Below are positions 26,270 through 40,000 of a stretch of 64,000 nt of DNA, in pieces; the first letter of the stretch is position 1; each line of letters begins with the position of its first letter. The DNA is from Eledone cirrhosa (taxonomy: Eukaryota), in assembly GCA_964016885.1 (NCBI GenBank), contig OZ024745.1, forward strand, positions 71,672,001 to 71,736,000, read 5' to 3'. The notes under the pieces were generated by a model, which saw only the letters and a list, made by a program, of their open reading frames with translations, was not told the origin of the DNA and did no database searches. Made by a program: the position numbers and the translations under genes.

Positions 26270-26620
26270 TATGATAAAATGCATCCAGCCCACACATTGA
26301 TGTGGTAGTGCTGATGCTACAATAAAATACACCCAGCCCATGCTGTAAAGTGGTAGCACTGATGCTACAATAAAATGCACCCTGCCCACACTATAAAGTG
26401 GTAGTGCTGGTGCCATGAAAAAAGTACCCAGTTCAACCTTTTCAGATGATAGTGGTAGTGCCATGAAAAAAGGAACCCAGTACATGCTGCAAAGTGGTTA
26501 GCATTAGGAAGGGGAGCCAGTCATAGAAACCCTGCCAGAATGGAACATATGTCTGTTTAGCCTCAGAACATGACAACCCATTTAATCCATGTAAGCATGG
26601 AAAATAGATGTAAAATGGTG
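26270..26620 (+). repeat. ~42-bp tandem units followed by an RTE-type SINE/LINE 3' tail
   Basis: Repeated gtggtagtgctgatgctacaataaaatgcacccag units, then gcattaggaagg...gcatggaaaatagatgtaaaatg. Confidence 0.55.
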
Positions 26621-26686
26621 ATGTTGATATTAAAATGGTGATGATGATATATTTCATTAGAAATATGGTTACAAAAGTGTTAATAA

Positions 26687-26872
26687 TTGTTTCTACTTTT
26701 GACACAAGGCCAGCAATTACCCAGTGCATTACTGTACTTTATTTCATCGACCCCATAAGGATGAAAGCAAAGTTAACCTCGGCGGGATTTGAACTCAGCA
26801 TGGAAGGGCTGTAACTCTATGCGTCAAAGCATGGTGGCAGACTCTCTACCATTACTGCCAATCCACCGCCTG
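26687..26872 (-). mobile_element. tRNA-derived SINE with Deu/Nin-type core
   Basis: Closely similar to 5485-5675 and 8192-8378. Confidence 0.8.
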
Positions 26873-29160
26873 CAAAAGTGTTAATAATGAAGTGATAGTA
26901 TACTCCTAGGAATTAACACTGAATTATTATTATTATATGATCTCTGTTAGTGCAGTAAAAGATAATTTTGCTTGGGTTTCAAGTGAAAGGTGCTAAAAAA
27001 TCGGTGGTGAACTTTTACAATAATTATTGCAGCATTAAAATAGTTATTTTTTATATATCATTCTATATTTTATCATGTAAATGGTATGACAAACAAATTT
27101 ATTGATTTCATAATTCAGGGCAATTACACGTCATTAATAACATAGTATATAAAGGATTTAGGCAAAACTTTGCAATGGCTGTTCTTCTGTGTTTGTGTTA
27201 ACCTGTCTATACTGGCAACATATGTATGGCTAAATATAAATTGGATTTAATAACAAATAAGTGGTGGCAAAATCACGTGTGTTTCGACTTCCTGCTCTCT
27301 GATATCAAATCATGCGAAAGTCAACTTTGTCTTTTATTCTTTTTGGAGTCGTAGAGTACCAGTCAAGTACTTGGCACACCTCAGTATCAGTTGTGTTGTG
27401 AGAAGGAAAGTGGGAGACCACTTACAGTGTCCATTTCTCCAGAAACGGAAGAGTTGAGCAAAGGTGTTAGTAACCTCTTATCATAGAAAAACTCATGTTG
27501 CCAAGGACTTGTTCAACACATGCCATCAAAGAAAAACAGATGTAAAAATAAAAATAAAGAATATTATAGAAAGCTAACAATTAAATGAATGAAAATTATT
27601 TGATATTAGTTTTGCAAAACTATTTTAATTCTACTATTAATGAAGTAATGGAAATTTTCAACCTGTGAAATAATACCTATTTATTTGTATATTTACTTAT
27701 GTAATGTATAATAGACATTGTACATAATCCCATAAAAACATTTGAAGTCACCTGCATGGATCAGATTAGACAATATTTTGATATACCCTTATAAGCACCT
27801 GAACTTTTCAAAATGTTCGTAGTCACAATATTTATTTTAACCTGTTATCTAGATGTTCTAATGCTCTAATTGGTTTTTATTCTATCCCCTCCCCCTTTTT
27901 TTTGAAAACTGCTTGGCTTTTTATTGTGTTGTATTTTATATCAAGTTTCGATTATTTCTGTTTATGACAAGAAACGTCACATAAATAATCTCTTCTCCAA
28001 AATTTTGACAGCGGTATTTCCAATATTAACCCTTTTGTTACCATATTTCTATTGAAAGACTGCCTATTTTAAAATTATTTTTGAATTGATTTTGAGAATA
28101 ACTAAGAATTTGTAGAGACTTTCTAATATAGCTAACTTTCTCATTATTAAAATGGTGTTTGGAACATAACTTGATGGAAAGTTGTTAGATAAATATAATC
28201 GCATTAACCTTTTCGTTATTATATTTCTAATGAAAGACATTGCCTATACTATTAATTTTGAAAATAATAAACAATTTGTAAAGGGTTTAGTAATATAAAT
28301 CCTTTTAGTAGATAAATATAAACACTTTAAAATAAGCAGCTGGGGCAGTTCAGGCGATTTTAGTATCAGTAGGGTTAACCAACTTCGATAAGTCTGAAAG
28401 TGTCAATGAAAGACTGTCATAGATAAGTTAGTGACAATTAAAAGAATGTTAAAGCTACAAATAACCTCAATTAGTAGAGTATCATTATCAGAACATAATT
28501 TACTGGAATATAGGGTGGGCCATCTAGAAAACATTCTTTTTATATCTTGACCAAGCCTAACAAAATGTTTATTCAATTATGATATACTTCTTAAGTTTGT
28601 TGTATAAATGTTTTAAATGTTATTGCATTTTTAGTCCATTCAGACCAACAAATGTATTTTGCTTTTTCAGTGAGAAATTAATGTATAGTAGGTATTTATT
28701 TAGGAAAAGATCTGAAAAAATAAGACAATAATGTTAAGGAAAAAAAATGTAGATGTCTATCTTTTTATGTAAACATTTTGTTGGCTTTGATCAAGAAATA
28801 AAAATATGAATTTTTATAATGGTTCATACATAAATGGCACATCCTGAATATCTGCTGGTCATATGAATACATATAAACATTCTAATGCAAATTTATATGT
28901 GGTTTCAGTGTATGTTTGTTGAAACAGGTTGTGAATTGCCCAAGTTATTGGATTAAGTTTGCAGCATTCATTCTGGCTCTTTATACTCGTAGTTCAGATC
29001 CTGTTATGGACAACTTTACCTTTCACTCTTCAAGATACTTTATTTGACCCCTGTTTCTCAACAGTATTCTTTATATCACAAGGATTGTCTTTAATCTAAT
29101 TAACTTAACCATGTTATATTAACCTATGATAAGAAGAACCAACATAGGAGTATCCTATAT

Positions 29161-29370
29161 GAAGGCAAGTGGTCTAGTGGCTAGGCCGTTGGACTCATGA
29201 TCATAAGGTCACGGGTTTGATTTCTGGACTGTAGCACATTGTGTTTTGGGCAATACTGTTTTTTATGATACTGTTTATCATTAAAACACCCAAGAAACGT
29301 CCTATGAGATACAACCTCATATGAGGCCAGCTAAACCTGCTCAAGTGTGAGCTGTTGACTTAATTCCCTA
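29161..29370 (+). mobile_element. tRNA-derived SINE (second family)
   Basis: Homologous to 13511-13742. Confidence 0.7.
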
Positions 29371-29570
29371 TTTATGTATAACGTTCAGTTTTAATATTAC
29401 TTAACCACACACATACATGTTGATCATTATTCTGTCATAGTAAACATTCTTTCACTCATTAAAACAATGCTTTTGTTCTTTTCAGAAAATATTTTAAAAA
29501 TTTAATTCATATATAATTTTGTATTTTAATTTAAAAAAATTATTAATAATCTTTGTTATTTGCATTGTAG

Positions 29571-29697
29571 GAATGTGTACAAAGATTATAAGCAGCTGGA
29601 ATTGTCTGCTGAAAGTCAAGAAGAAATAGATAGTTGGAAGGCATCATTCCTACGAGCTGGTGTTTACCCAGAGAAAGCACAAGATAAGGGTGATGAG
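29571..29697 (+). CDS. Dnm: Dynamin PH-domain C-terminal exon ([42 protein letters not shown])
   Basis: ttgtag|G...GAG|gtaaac; 127 nt, phase 2 to 0; hallmark [15 protein letters not shown]. Confidence 0.97.
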
Positions 29698-30499
29698 GTA
29701 AACATTTCAAAAACCATTTGTGAAGAAATATCAAACAAGTGTACAATTTGAAATTACATTTTTTTCTTTATTGTTTATATTTTAACATGATAATCATATT
29801 TTGTTTAATAAAAGGCAAGTGTTAAAGCTGGGGTTAGCCTTGTGGGGCCCATGACAAGTTTTATACCTGTTATGGGATCCTTTCAGATGTAATGTTTGAC
29901 AACCACATGCCCTTCTTGGGAGCAATGCTTTTAGTTTCCTTTTACAATATGCAATGATATGGCATACCTATTCTAAACTGTATACAAAACAAATTTTGTT
30001 AAGTAAAAACCTACAATAAAAATAGGCAGTAGCACATCATTTCAATTTTATACTGCCAACTTATGAAGATGTGTTGCCTAAAAGTTAGGATGTTGGTCTC
30101 ATGATTGTAAGGTAGTTGGTTTGACTCCCGTACTAGACTGTGCATCATATGTTCTTGATCAAGGCACTTTACCTCACATTGCATATGTTCACTCAGTTGG
30201 AAATGAGTGTCATCAGGAACTTATGTGTTTGCATTCTGTCACTTAGCTCTAGCCTGATGAACCTCCAGACTTGAAAAAAACTAAAAAGGAAGAGACAGCA
30301 AGTCTGTGGGTCAGAGACAGGAGAGTGTTAGTGAGTAACTTTAAACCAATTAGCCAAATGGCCTTTTCCCCGTGTGACTTATATATGAATATATATAGAA
30401 TTAACTTCATTTGAAATATATTGGTGTATACATCACTTCATTTCACAGAACTGTTTATCTTCTTCCATTGTTAATTGTTGTCTTTGTTCATTGTTTCAG

Positions 30500-30646
30500 T
30501 CAAAAGATGACACAACATCCATGGATCCCCAATTGGAGCGACAAGTGGAGACTATCAGAAATTTAGTAGATTCCTACATGAGATTAGTTTACAAAACACA
30601 TCGGGATTTGGTTCCAAAAACTATTATGCATTTGATAGTAAATGAT
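30500..30646 (+). CDS. Dnm: Dynamin GED exon ([27 protein letters not shown]...[11 protein letters not shown])
   Basis: tttcag|TCA...GAT|gtaagt; 147 nt, phase 0 to 0; hallmark [20 protein letters not shown]. Confidence 0.97.
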
Positions 30647-30809
30647 GTAAGTATATATATCTTTGTAATTTCAATATTCACTGATTCTATTTATTTATAT
30701 ATTTAATGCAACACACACAAGTGTTTCATGGCTATTTTCCTTGATAAGTAGGGGCTACCTTTGCAGGCTGTAATAATTCATGAGTAATTTTGCACAAAAT
30801 TCAGTTTTG

Positions 30810-31350
30810 CATGTACAGAAAAAAAGCTATGATAATTTGTGGGATCTGAAAGTCCTTGAAAACAATGAACTGAAGTTGCTTTGGGACTTTTCCATACAAA
30901 CCAAACAGAAATTACAGCACAAGTCAGATATATAGTCACTAATAATAATAAGAAAGTATGCCTAGTAACTGATGTAGCATAACCATTTGATAAAAGTGTT
31001 TTTTTAGAAGTAGAACATTATGCTGACTTTAAGTATGAAATGCTCAAGTGCTGGAATAAAGAAGTTGACATGGTCATGATTCCGTTAATTATTATTTGAG
31101 GCTTTAGTAACTGTGTTTGAATGTAAATGTTATGAAGTTAGATCTATATCTGGGATTGAATGCAGTGTAGTTTGTTTAATTGCAAACTTTATACAGAGAG
31201 ACCCTGATACAATGTAAGGATGTAAGAACAGTATGAAAGGACCTTCATGAGAAAAAGGACAAGAATGGTTCCCCTTCTAGACCATGGGTTGTGGTCTGAT
31301 AGGAAGTATAATTAAACCAGTCCTAGCATCATGAAACAGTAACACCAATA
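30810..31350 (+). mobile_element. Decayed 3' fragment of an R4/Dong-like RLE LINE
   Basis: Broken frames read VLENNELKLLWDFSIQT..KKVCLVTDVA.PFD..HYADFKYEMLKCW; homologous to 7882-8190. Confidence 0.7.
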
Positions 31351-32401
31351 ATATTTCTGTTTAGTTGTAGAATCAGATGAAATGCTTTAGGGTATATCCT
31401 TTCACACTCTGATTTGAAACCCCCACCAAAGTTGACTTTGCCATTCATCACACCATGGTTAATATAAATACCAGTCATGTATTGAGGTCTATTAAATAGT
31501 ATTTATTCTGCATTACACACTTGGAGCTTTGTGCTAGTATTCATCATCATTGTTTAATGTTCATTTTCCATGCTAGCATGGGTTAAAGGGGCATATAATT
31601 ATTATTAATTTTATAAATTAGTGGAGAAGGAACAGTGCCCAAGACTTGTGAGACTGATGTAGTTGTTTAATTTGAATGTCTATAGGTCAATGACTGGAGA
31701 AAAAGCAGGGGTGGAGAGGGAACTGGGAGTTTAATCTGAATATTAATAATGCACTAAACTTTGCAAAAGACATCCAAATACCAGGTGGTAGTGTTAAACT
31801 GAGTGGCATGTTAGGCTTTCTGCTAAAAGAGGGTAGCAGATAAGGAGGTGGATATAAGAATTAGTTATGTGCTGAACAAAGTGTGTCTGTATCTTTCACT
31901 GGGATTGATAAAAACAAGAACTAGTCCAGTAGTTGTAGTCTATATTATGCCTCACATCTATGCAGGTTTAGTCAGCCTCCTATGATGTTGCATCTCATAG
32001 GTTTATTGGGTGTTTTAATGATAGAGGTGTTTTAGTCAGAGCCAGAATAGTTATCATAAGGCATCATGTTTGCCACTCTAACAAGTCTGCCAATCCTCCA
32101 CCATTGAGTGGTATTTCATTTATCAACTTTGAAAGAATGAAAGGCAAATTTAACTTCAACAAGATTTGTTGCCAAGTCATGAAGTTGATTAAATGAACTG
32201 TGACTCTCCCTGTATATCTTTTTATTTTCTCCTATGTTAGAACTTGTTTCTGTATTAGTTGTGGGGTAGAAATGAAAGATTTGCTCTATTTATGTTCCCT
32301 TGTAAATCCTTCTTTTGATGAAACAAAAAAAGTGTGTTGTGTGTGTGAAGAAAGAAAATGAAAGAGTTGCACTAATTCTTTTGTATTACGATTTATTCCA
32401 G

Positions 32402-32461
32402 GTTAAAGATTTTATAAGTGGTGGAGAAATGTTGGCTCAGTTGTATGCGTCTGCTGATCAG
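32402..32461 (+). CDS. Dnm: Dynamin GED exon (VKDFISGGEMLAQLYASADQ)
   Basis: ttccag|GTT...CAG|gtaaat; 60 nt, phase 0 to 0. Confidence 0.95.
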
Positions 32462-32799
32462 GTAAATATTGTTGTCACAGTCATTATCATCATCATATTA
32501 TCTTTAAAGATTGTACTTCACAAATAACTTTGTAAAGCTTTTGAATATTCTATGTATATTTATAGTATCATATCAAATTAACCATACATCTCTCTCTCTC
32601 TCTGCTATCACTGTATTTTCCTATCACAGTCACACTCCAGACTTATTTTTCTCTCTTTTCAATCGTGCCTTTCTATACCTATACTTTTATCATCATAAAT
32701 TTTATGTCCATTTTTTCTATGCTGGTATGGTTTTGTGGATACTTTTTTGAGGTAGTTTTTAACAGCCAGTTGTTCTTTCTTATACAAACTCATATGTAT

Positions 32800-33092
32800 G
32801 GTACTTGGCTTAGTGGTTAGAGCATTGGCCTTGCAATCGAAAGATTGTGAGTTCAATTCTCAGACCGGGTGATGTACTGTTTCCTTGAGCAAGACACTTT
32901 ATTTCACATTGCTCCAGTTTACTCAGCTGTAGAAATGAGATGATAGGGACTGGCAAAAAAGCACCCAGCACTCACTGTAAAGGAGGTTGGTGTTAGGAAG
33001 GGCATCCAGCTGTAGAAATCAAGCCAGAATCAGTTCCTGTCCCACCCTTGCAAGCAGGGAAAAGCGGACGTAAAATGAAATGATGATGATGA
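32800..33092 (+). mobile_element. tRNA-derived SINE whose 3' tail matches the RTE LINE 3' UTR
   Basis: Head tggcttagtggttagagca...gagttcaattc; tail ggtgttaggaagggcatccagctgtagaaatcaagcc...cggacgtaaaatg-(gat)n is complementary to part of 1150-1330. Confidence 0.8.
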
Positions 33093-33924
33093 TACTGTTG
33101 ATTTAGGTTGAACCAGTTAGATGTGGGTCATATTGTTTATGCAGAGCATAAGCAAATGTCTCCACTTTAAACCATGTTGATATGATGTAGGTGACAGACA
33201 TACATACAAATTTACACACTGAAATATATATAATCAAACAGGTGATAAATGTTGATGATGAGTTTCCTCAGATGGTATTGGACAACCTGTAGTTATAATG
33301 GAGACACTTGCTCAAAGTGATGCATAGTTGGATTAAACCTGAAACCATGTGATTGCAAAGCAAACGTTTTAACTTCAGTACCATGTCTGCACCACACAAC
33401 CATGCCTGAAGAGAAGTTTCAGCATCCTGAAGTTATCATGCACCATCTCTGCCCACATCTTCCTTGCTCTTCCTCTTCTGCAGCTTTCCTCCTTTTAGAA
33501 CTCCTGGCACCTCTTCACTCAACAATCTTCATCCATGTGCATCACATATACACACCAACACAAACCTTCTCCCCTGCACACTACATTTGATTGCTTTTTT
33601 GCCCAGTTTCTGTCTCAGTACATTCTCGCTTTTTCGTTATCATCATCACCATCATTTATTGTCCATTTTTCCATGTTGGCATGGAGTAGACACACACACA
33701 CACACACACACAGATACATGTATATATACCAAACTACAAACATTTTAAGTCCAATTTCCCTGCTAAGGTAGCCCCATGAACAGATTCATATTCACAATGG
33801 GGTCCATTTTGAGACAATGTCTTATTGTCAAATGAGCTTCCTGGCATCAAACCCTTTTAGTAACCTCTTACCATATGCAGGGATATGATATACTTATTCT
33901 AAACAGCAGACACACAGCAGGAAA

Positions 33925-34110
33925 TCACCATCATCATCATCATACGTCTATCTTCCACGCTAGCATGGGTTAGACGGGAGTTGTCCCACTTAAGGTAAGA
34001 TTGGTCGGGTGACCGTGTCTCGCTCATATAGGACTACCTTGCAGGTTTTCTATGGCTGGATGCCCTTCCTAACACCAACCACATTTACAGTGTGGACTGG
34101 GAGCTTTTTA
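33925..34110 (-). mobile_element. RTE LINE/SINE 3' tail fragment
   Basis: Colinear with 1150-1340. Confidence 0.7.
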
Positions 34111-34204
34111 CCCTGTTACCTATATATATATAGTTCAACATATTCTCATTAAATATATTTTCACTTATAATGAAGGTTAATTTTTTGTTTCTACTTGAAT
34201 TTAG

Positions 34205-34392
34205 AATACATTAATGGAAGAATCCTCTGAAGAGGCCATGAGAAGAGAAGAGATTCTGCGTATGTATCATGCTACCAAGGAAGCTTTGAATATAATTAGT
34301 GACGTGACCACTACTACAGTGACTACTCCACTCCCTCCACCTGTAGACAATGATTGGTTGCGTGCAGAGAGAGCAGAAAATGGACCCTCTAG
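34205..34392 (+). CDS. Dnm: Dynamin GED end / PRD start exon ([31 protein letters not shown]...[21 protein letters not shown])
   Basis: atttag|AAT...TCTAG|gtatgt; 188 nt, phase 0 to 2. Confidence 0.97.
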
Positions 34393-34691
34393 GTATGTAC
34401 ACCTATTTCATTTCTTCAAATAATATCTTTGCTTCTCTAGGGACGTGGCATAGTGGTTACAGTGTTGGACTCACAATCATAAGGTTGTGGGTTCAATTCC
34501 TTGACCATGTGGCACTTGGTATTCTTGAGTGTGACACTTCATTTCACGTTGCTTTTTATGATAAGACTGGAGTCCCTTTCATTAAAACACCCCAAAAAGC
34601 TCCTATGTGATGCAACCTTGTGTGCTATAAATGACGTGAGCTCTAAATTTCATTTCATTTTCATTCAAAACATGTGTAAATATAACCTATC

Positions 34692-34960
34692 TTAGTGGTT
34701 CCCAACCTTTTTACTGTCAAGGACCCGACCTTCCACCTATTTAAATGAATTTTATCACAAACCCCTGCTATAATTATTTATTATTCCCCTTTAAGATTGG
34801 TACACATCAAAAATAATAATCATAAAAGCGAAATATTTATATTTATAGAGAATGAACAGCAGTGTGTACATATTACCTTTTTGATAGAATATTTAAAATT
34901 TTTAACTTAGCTCACAGATCCCCAGTACAATCTTTTAGATCACAAGGTTGGGAAACACTG
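34692..34960. mobile_element. hAT-type MITE
   Basis: Terminal inverted repeats tagtggttcccaacctt ... aaggttgggaaacactg; related ends near 5760-5778 and 15095-15330. Confidence 0.6.
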
Positions 34961-37036
34961 CTCTACAATGTTCATGGCATTTATTCATATTAGACAATTT
35001 TTTTTATGGTTCTGAAACATGATAAATTAAACTCTTTTATTTATTTTTTTTTTAGGCTCGCCACTTTTTGATGTACAAATTGTCTCTCTTTTGCTAATTT
35101 TGTCCACATCCTTTTTGCCATATACATATTTTCTTTACTGCTGGCTTAACTTTTAATATACTGTATTGCATGAAACCACATTAGCAAGACATTTTTGAAA
35201 AGTACAAAACAACACTGACTGTATTACATAAAAAATTGTGCAAATGTTTACAATGATCTGTCCACTATTGAAGATACTATAAATATTTGTATTAACTAAC
35301 CTGTTTTTAGATATTTTCTGCTAAAATCATTGGAGGTTGCTAAGAATTAAGATGTTGATAGAATATTTTCCATAGTGAATAAACGATATAGTGTTCTAGG
35401 TAGCATTGGAGATAATACAGCCTTATAAGTACCATCCTCCTTTATTGTTTATTTTAGTTAGTAATTACAATGGTTTTAAGTCTTTAATGATGGAATGAAG
35501 TACAGATGCTATTACTGGTATAGAGATAGATCTGTGCTAGTTAAACAGTGTGTGACAATATCATGTACCTTAGTAAGAATGATTATAGAGAATGAAAACA
35601 AGATGATACAGGACTAACAATATACCATAATACAAAAGACCTGTCCACTAGTATAAGCACTGTGACACTAAAAAGTAAGTGTGCTGAGTGACCAGAGACT
35701 ATAGTGTTTGGTGATCAAATAGAGACAAGATAGGGCTTGAGAAAACTCTTCAATCTGGATGAGTATCTAATGACCTCATTAGTACTAGTGCCATGATAAA
35801 ATGTATCCAGTACACCCTGTAGTGTTGGTGCCACGATAAAACACACTAAGCTCAATCTGTAAGGTGATAGTGGTGGTACTATGAAAAACTGCACCCATTA
35901 CATCCTGTTTGGTGATTGGTACTATGAGAGGTATCCCATCATTGAAACCATGTCAATAATAGTGTTTAAATATCAACTCTCCTAACAATCATGCTTGCAA
36001 TTATGTTCTATACTTTATTACCAACAGCATGCAATTGTATTTGAACTAATTATTTTTCTTTATATCAATAACAACCAACTATCAGGTGTACAGTCTTTTC
36101 TAAACACTTTAACTCTTTCATTACCATATTTCTAATGAAAGACACTGCCTATGATTTCAAATAATTTTTAAAATAAAGAATTTGGAAAGATTTAGTAATA
36201 TAATTAAGATTCTCATTATTACGATGGAAGATTTTTAGATAAATATAAAAGAAAAAAAAAAGAAGAAAAAAGGACAGTTTTGTACTGTAAAACCAGAGTC
36301 AGCTTCAGGCAGTTTGGTATTGAAAGGGTTGACAAAACATTTTACTAGTTACGGTGAAATAATAACCAAATACTAGATGTACACACATTTTTGTCCTTTT
36401 TTGTTTATTCAGTTACCTTTAAAAAAATATTGTTAATTTCTTACATTCATAATTTTTTTCTTGCTTAACCTTTGTGTGCAGTTTCCATCTCTGGTTGTTT
36501 GCACTAAAATCACAGTTCTAGGCCCTTCCTTTCCTCAGTAAACAGTAGAAAAACAAATATTGTCAAGCTTGAGTATTTAGTCAGGTTCTTCTCAATATAA
36601 ACATTTTCTGAAAATATATTTGGCAATGATGTAAAACTAAGTTGTGCAGCAATTAGTCAACCTAGATTTGTTAGTGAGATATTCTCATACAAACTTTAAT
36701 CTGCTGCAGGCTGAAACCTTGGCAACTATGCTGATTTTAAGCCTACGTGTCTATGCTGGCCTAGTGCTTGTCAGACAGAGTATGGAATTTGAATTCACAA
36801 TGCAAAAGACCTAGAACAAATATCGCAAAGAATCTCTTCCAACACTGGCAATTCTGCCAATCCATCAGTACAAGCTTGTACTTTATTTGTCAACCCATGA
36901 AAAGATGAAAGGTAAAGAGTGGGATTTGTACTCTAATAACTCTAAACTCCATCAAACTATTAGACTACAGTCATAAAAGCTTATTTACTGAAAGCCAATA
37001 CTTCACACACAATTTTCCACTCTTACAAAATTTCAG

Positions 37037-37072
37037 GTTATCTGTGAAAAATGGATACACGAAATCTAGCAG
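37037..37072 (+). CDS. Dnm: Candidate 36-nt dynamin cassette micro-exon (R-LSVKNGYTKSS-R/S)
   Basis: tttcag|G...AGCAG|gtatgt; multiple of 3, phase 2 to 2, no stop in the dynamin frame. Confidence 0.55.
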
Positions 37073-40000
37073 GTATGTTATTTGCCATAAGCCGGCCGGA
37101 GACAAGTTATTAAAATTTATTGCTACTGTTCTGCTAATACTCTTGCTGCTCCCTTCCTACTTTTTGCATAACTTAGTAGTTTTACTAAATCTCAGTTAAT
37201 GAAGAAATAGTTAGTGTTTGTTAACTCAGCAATTAAAACATTCATAATTGTAATAAAATACATTAAAAATTCTAAAAAATGTTTAGACCAATAACAGAAA
37301 AATAGAGTAGTTAATTATTGTTTATTTTGTTTTAATTTCAGTTATTTATTCAAAAATACTGTTTTAAATTTATTATATTTAACATATTTATCACTTTTTG
37401 TTTTATTAACCATACTAACTACTTACGTACATCATACATACATACAATATATATAATTTAACAATAAATTGTTAATTTATGTCTTTTTAAATTAAATTTT
37501 TATGCTACTATTCCTTATTCAACCAAATATGTTTTACCTCCCATTTTCCCAAATTTCTGAATCCTTTTTTGTGTGGATATTCTTAATTTGAAAATAAATA
37601 CAATCAATAAATAAAACCTTTTTGCAGCTCCATAGTTATTCAATTTTTTTCCCCTTTGAAACTGCTTCTTGGTTTACTGCTGGCTTTAAAATACTGTCTT
37701 CTATTTCATTCCAGAATAATTATTCACTTAATTTATTATTTTCAGTTGATCACACACCTATTTTCTCAACCTTTCCTCTTTTCCAAGATTTAAATTTTAA
37801 ATTATATGTATGTAAACAACTATAAATGTCTTTGTGGGAGATTAAACAAAAATATGATATTTTTTTGCTTTATCTGCTTTTTCTTAATTTTATAAATAAA
37901 TTACTTTAATATTTTTTCATAGTTTCATCTAGAAATGATAACCTTTTTGGTTATTAATTTTATTTATAATTTAATAAATTTTTGTAAAGATTTATAAAGA
38001 GGTTATAATGATTGTAAAGGTTATTCTGTGTGCATCCTGGTTTTTAGAACAGCTACTCCACATCACTTTCATGTCATAAAACGAGACTAAAAGGGTTAGT
38101 GTGAGAAAGAGCATCTGGCTCTAGAACATTGAAAAACTCTTGTCCTATTCATGCCAGCATGGAAAAGTGGAACTTGGTGATCCTGGCTATTGACCTCACT
38201 AAGTTCCTGATGCGTATAACTGCTAAAATTTATAGACTAATGCAGAGGAACTTCTCTGAGGTCAATCGCCAGCATCACCAAGTTCTAGAAACATATTACT
38301 GCCAATATCTACCGACCTGGCGTTCATAGATATCAGTAAGCTACCAAGACATTAAATCCTGGCAAACTCAACCAGTTGATGATTTAGATTGAAATTATCC
38401 TATTGTCACAGGTACTTAAATGCCATGTAATTAAAATAAAAGTGAACCAGTTAAATTTAATTTTAATATCTTTAGATATATTTTAATCTAAACCAAAAGG
38501 AAAACTAATATATCTTCTTCTTCTCTCTTGGACGATCATTACAATCCAAGTCAGTATTTATTCATATATTCAGAGTTTCTGCTCTCTCAGATGGGTCAGG
38601 GAACGATGTCTCTCTCACACATGCCTCTTTTAGCATGTTTTCTATGACTGGATTCACTTCCTAACAGCAATTAGTTTATATTGTGTATTGGGTGCAATAC
38701 ATACTACAATGACATTCACTCAAATCAGATTTTATCAATACAAACTACTGTATAGGAGAAAACCACCTATGCAGGAGAAATAACTCTTTTCATTAGTTTA
38801 GCTTAATATGATTAAAAAAATTTTATTTCGTTTTATTTCTAATATCATAATATCGTATTTTTTTACTGATAAAGTCTTCCCTGTTACATCTCTGTGAAGA
38901 TACATTACTTTTAGCTAATTAGTACAACCCTTTGAAAATGCTAGTCTTACTATCCACATGGTTTACTCTTGAAGCTTTCTCATGATTGGATATCACTGCA
39001 AGGCAGCAGAGGTTTGGATTCAGAGTTTTCCTTCTCCTAGATGAGCTACTGCCAAGGCTAACAACCTCCATCTGGCCCACTGTGGCAGGGTTGCATGGTA
39101 GCCAGTAGCAGGACAATCCAGGGAAACCAGAACAACCTGACTTGATTGCAACCCACATATGTACATGCTAATGGATGGTTGTTGACTCACACAAGTTCTT
39201 CCACCCTTTGACAGGTTTTGTTTTTTTGTCCTGCAGGATGTCCAATAATCACCCTCCTTACCAGGCAAGCCTGGTGGGGTTACCAGTTTAGTTGCCGACG
39301 ACCCGACCAGGGAACAGGTTGTACTGGGTTACATGTTACCAGTAGCACCCATGAGTGACCTAGTCTTACATTGATCTCGTATTGTTATTCTCACTTTGAA
39401 GTGAAATGTGATCACTTAGAATTAGAAATACTGTGGAAGGTACCATTGCTTCTCCCCTTGGCAAACTGCAAAAATTTCTGACCTGAATGTGTAAAACTTA
39501 CTGTGGCCTTTATGTAGTATGCCCTGCTATAACAGCTTGACTTGATGATATTTCATACTCTATATAGCTTTGTTTAAACACAACAGAATTGCATTTACTC
39601 TGTTGTGAGTTTAAATCACTGTCACTCAATCTCCTCTATAATATTATTTTCTGTTTCATTTTACCTTTCATTGTTTTCTTAACTGTATCAGGCATGTAGC
39701 CTAGTGGTTAAGGTGTTGGGCTCGTGATTGTAAGACTGCGTGTGTTCGATCCCTGGACTGGGCAGTGCATGGTGTTCTTGAGCAAGATGCTTCATTTCAA
39801 TTTGCTCTTTGATATGACTGGCACCCTATCATGAAAACACCCAATAAACCTCCTATGAGATTCAACCTCGGAGGAGGCCAGCTAAACCTGTATTGGTATG
39901 AGCTATATATTTTCTTTTCTTTTTTGTCAATGATATCATAGTAGACAAGAAATAGTCGACCATTGTGTGTTGAAAAGGTGACTAGCTTGTTTTTAATAAT

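Noticed and set aside
8938-29570. Vertebrate-style intronic miR-199/miR-214 in dynamin PH-region introns
   Set aside because: No matching mature sequences recognised by eye; lineage-specific miRNAs cannot be excluded without small-RNA data.
30181-30270. CTGATGA motifs on both strands
   Set aside because: No proper GAAA/stem III arrangement; the hairpin derives from a SINE body.
35056-35075. Strong acceptor ttttttag|G in the GED-PRD intron
   Set aside because: Gives R-L-A-T-F-stop in the dynamin frame with only a weak donor; unsupported.
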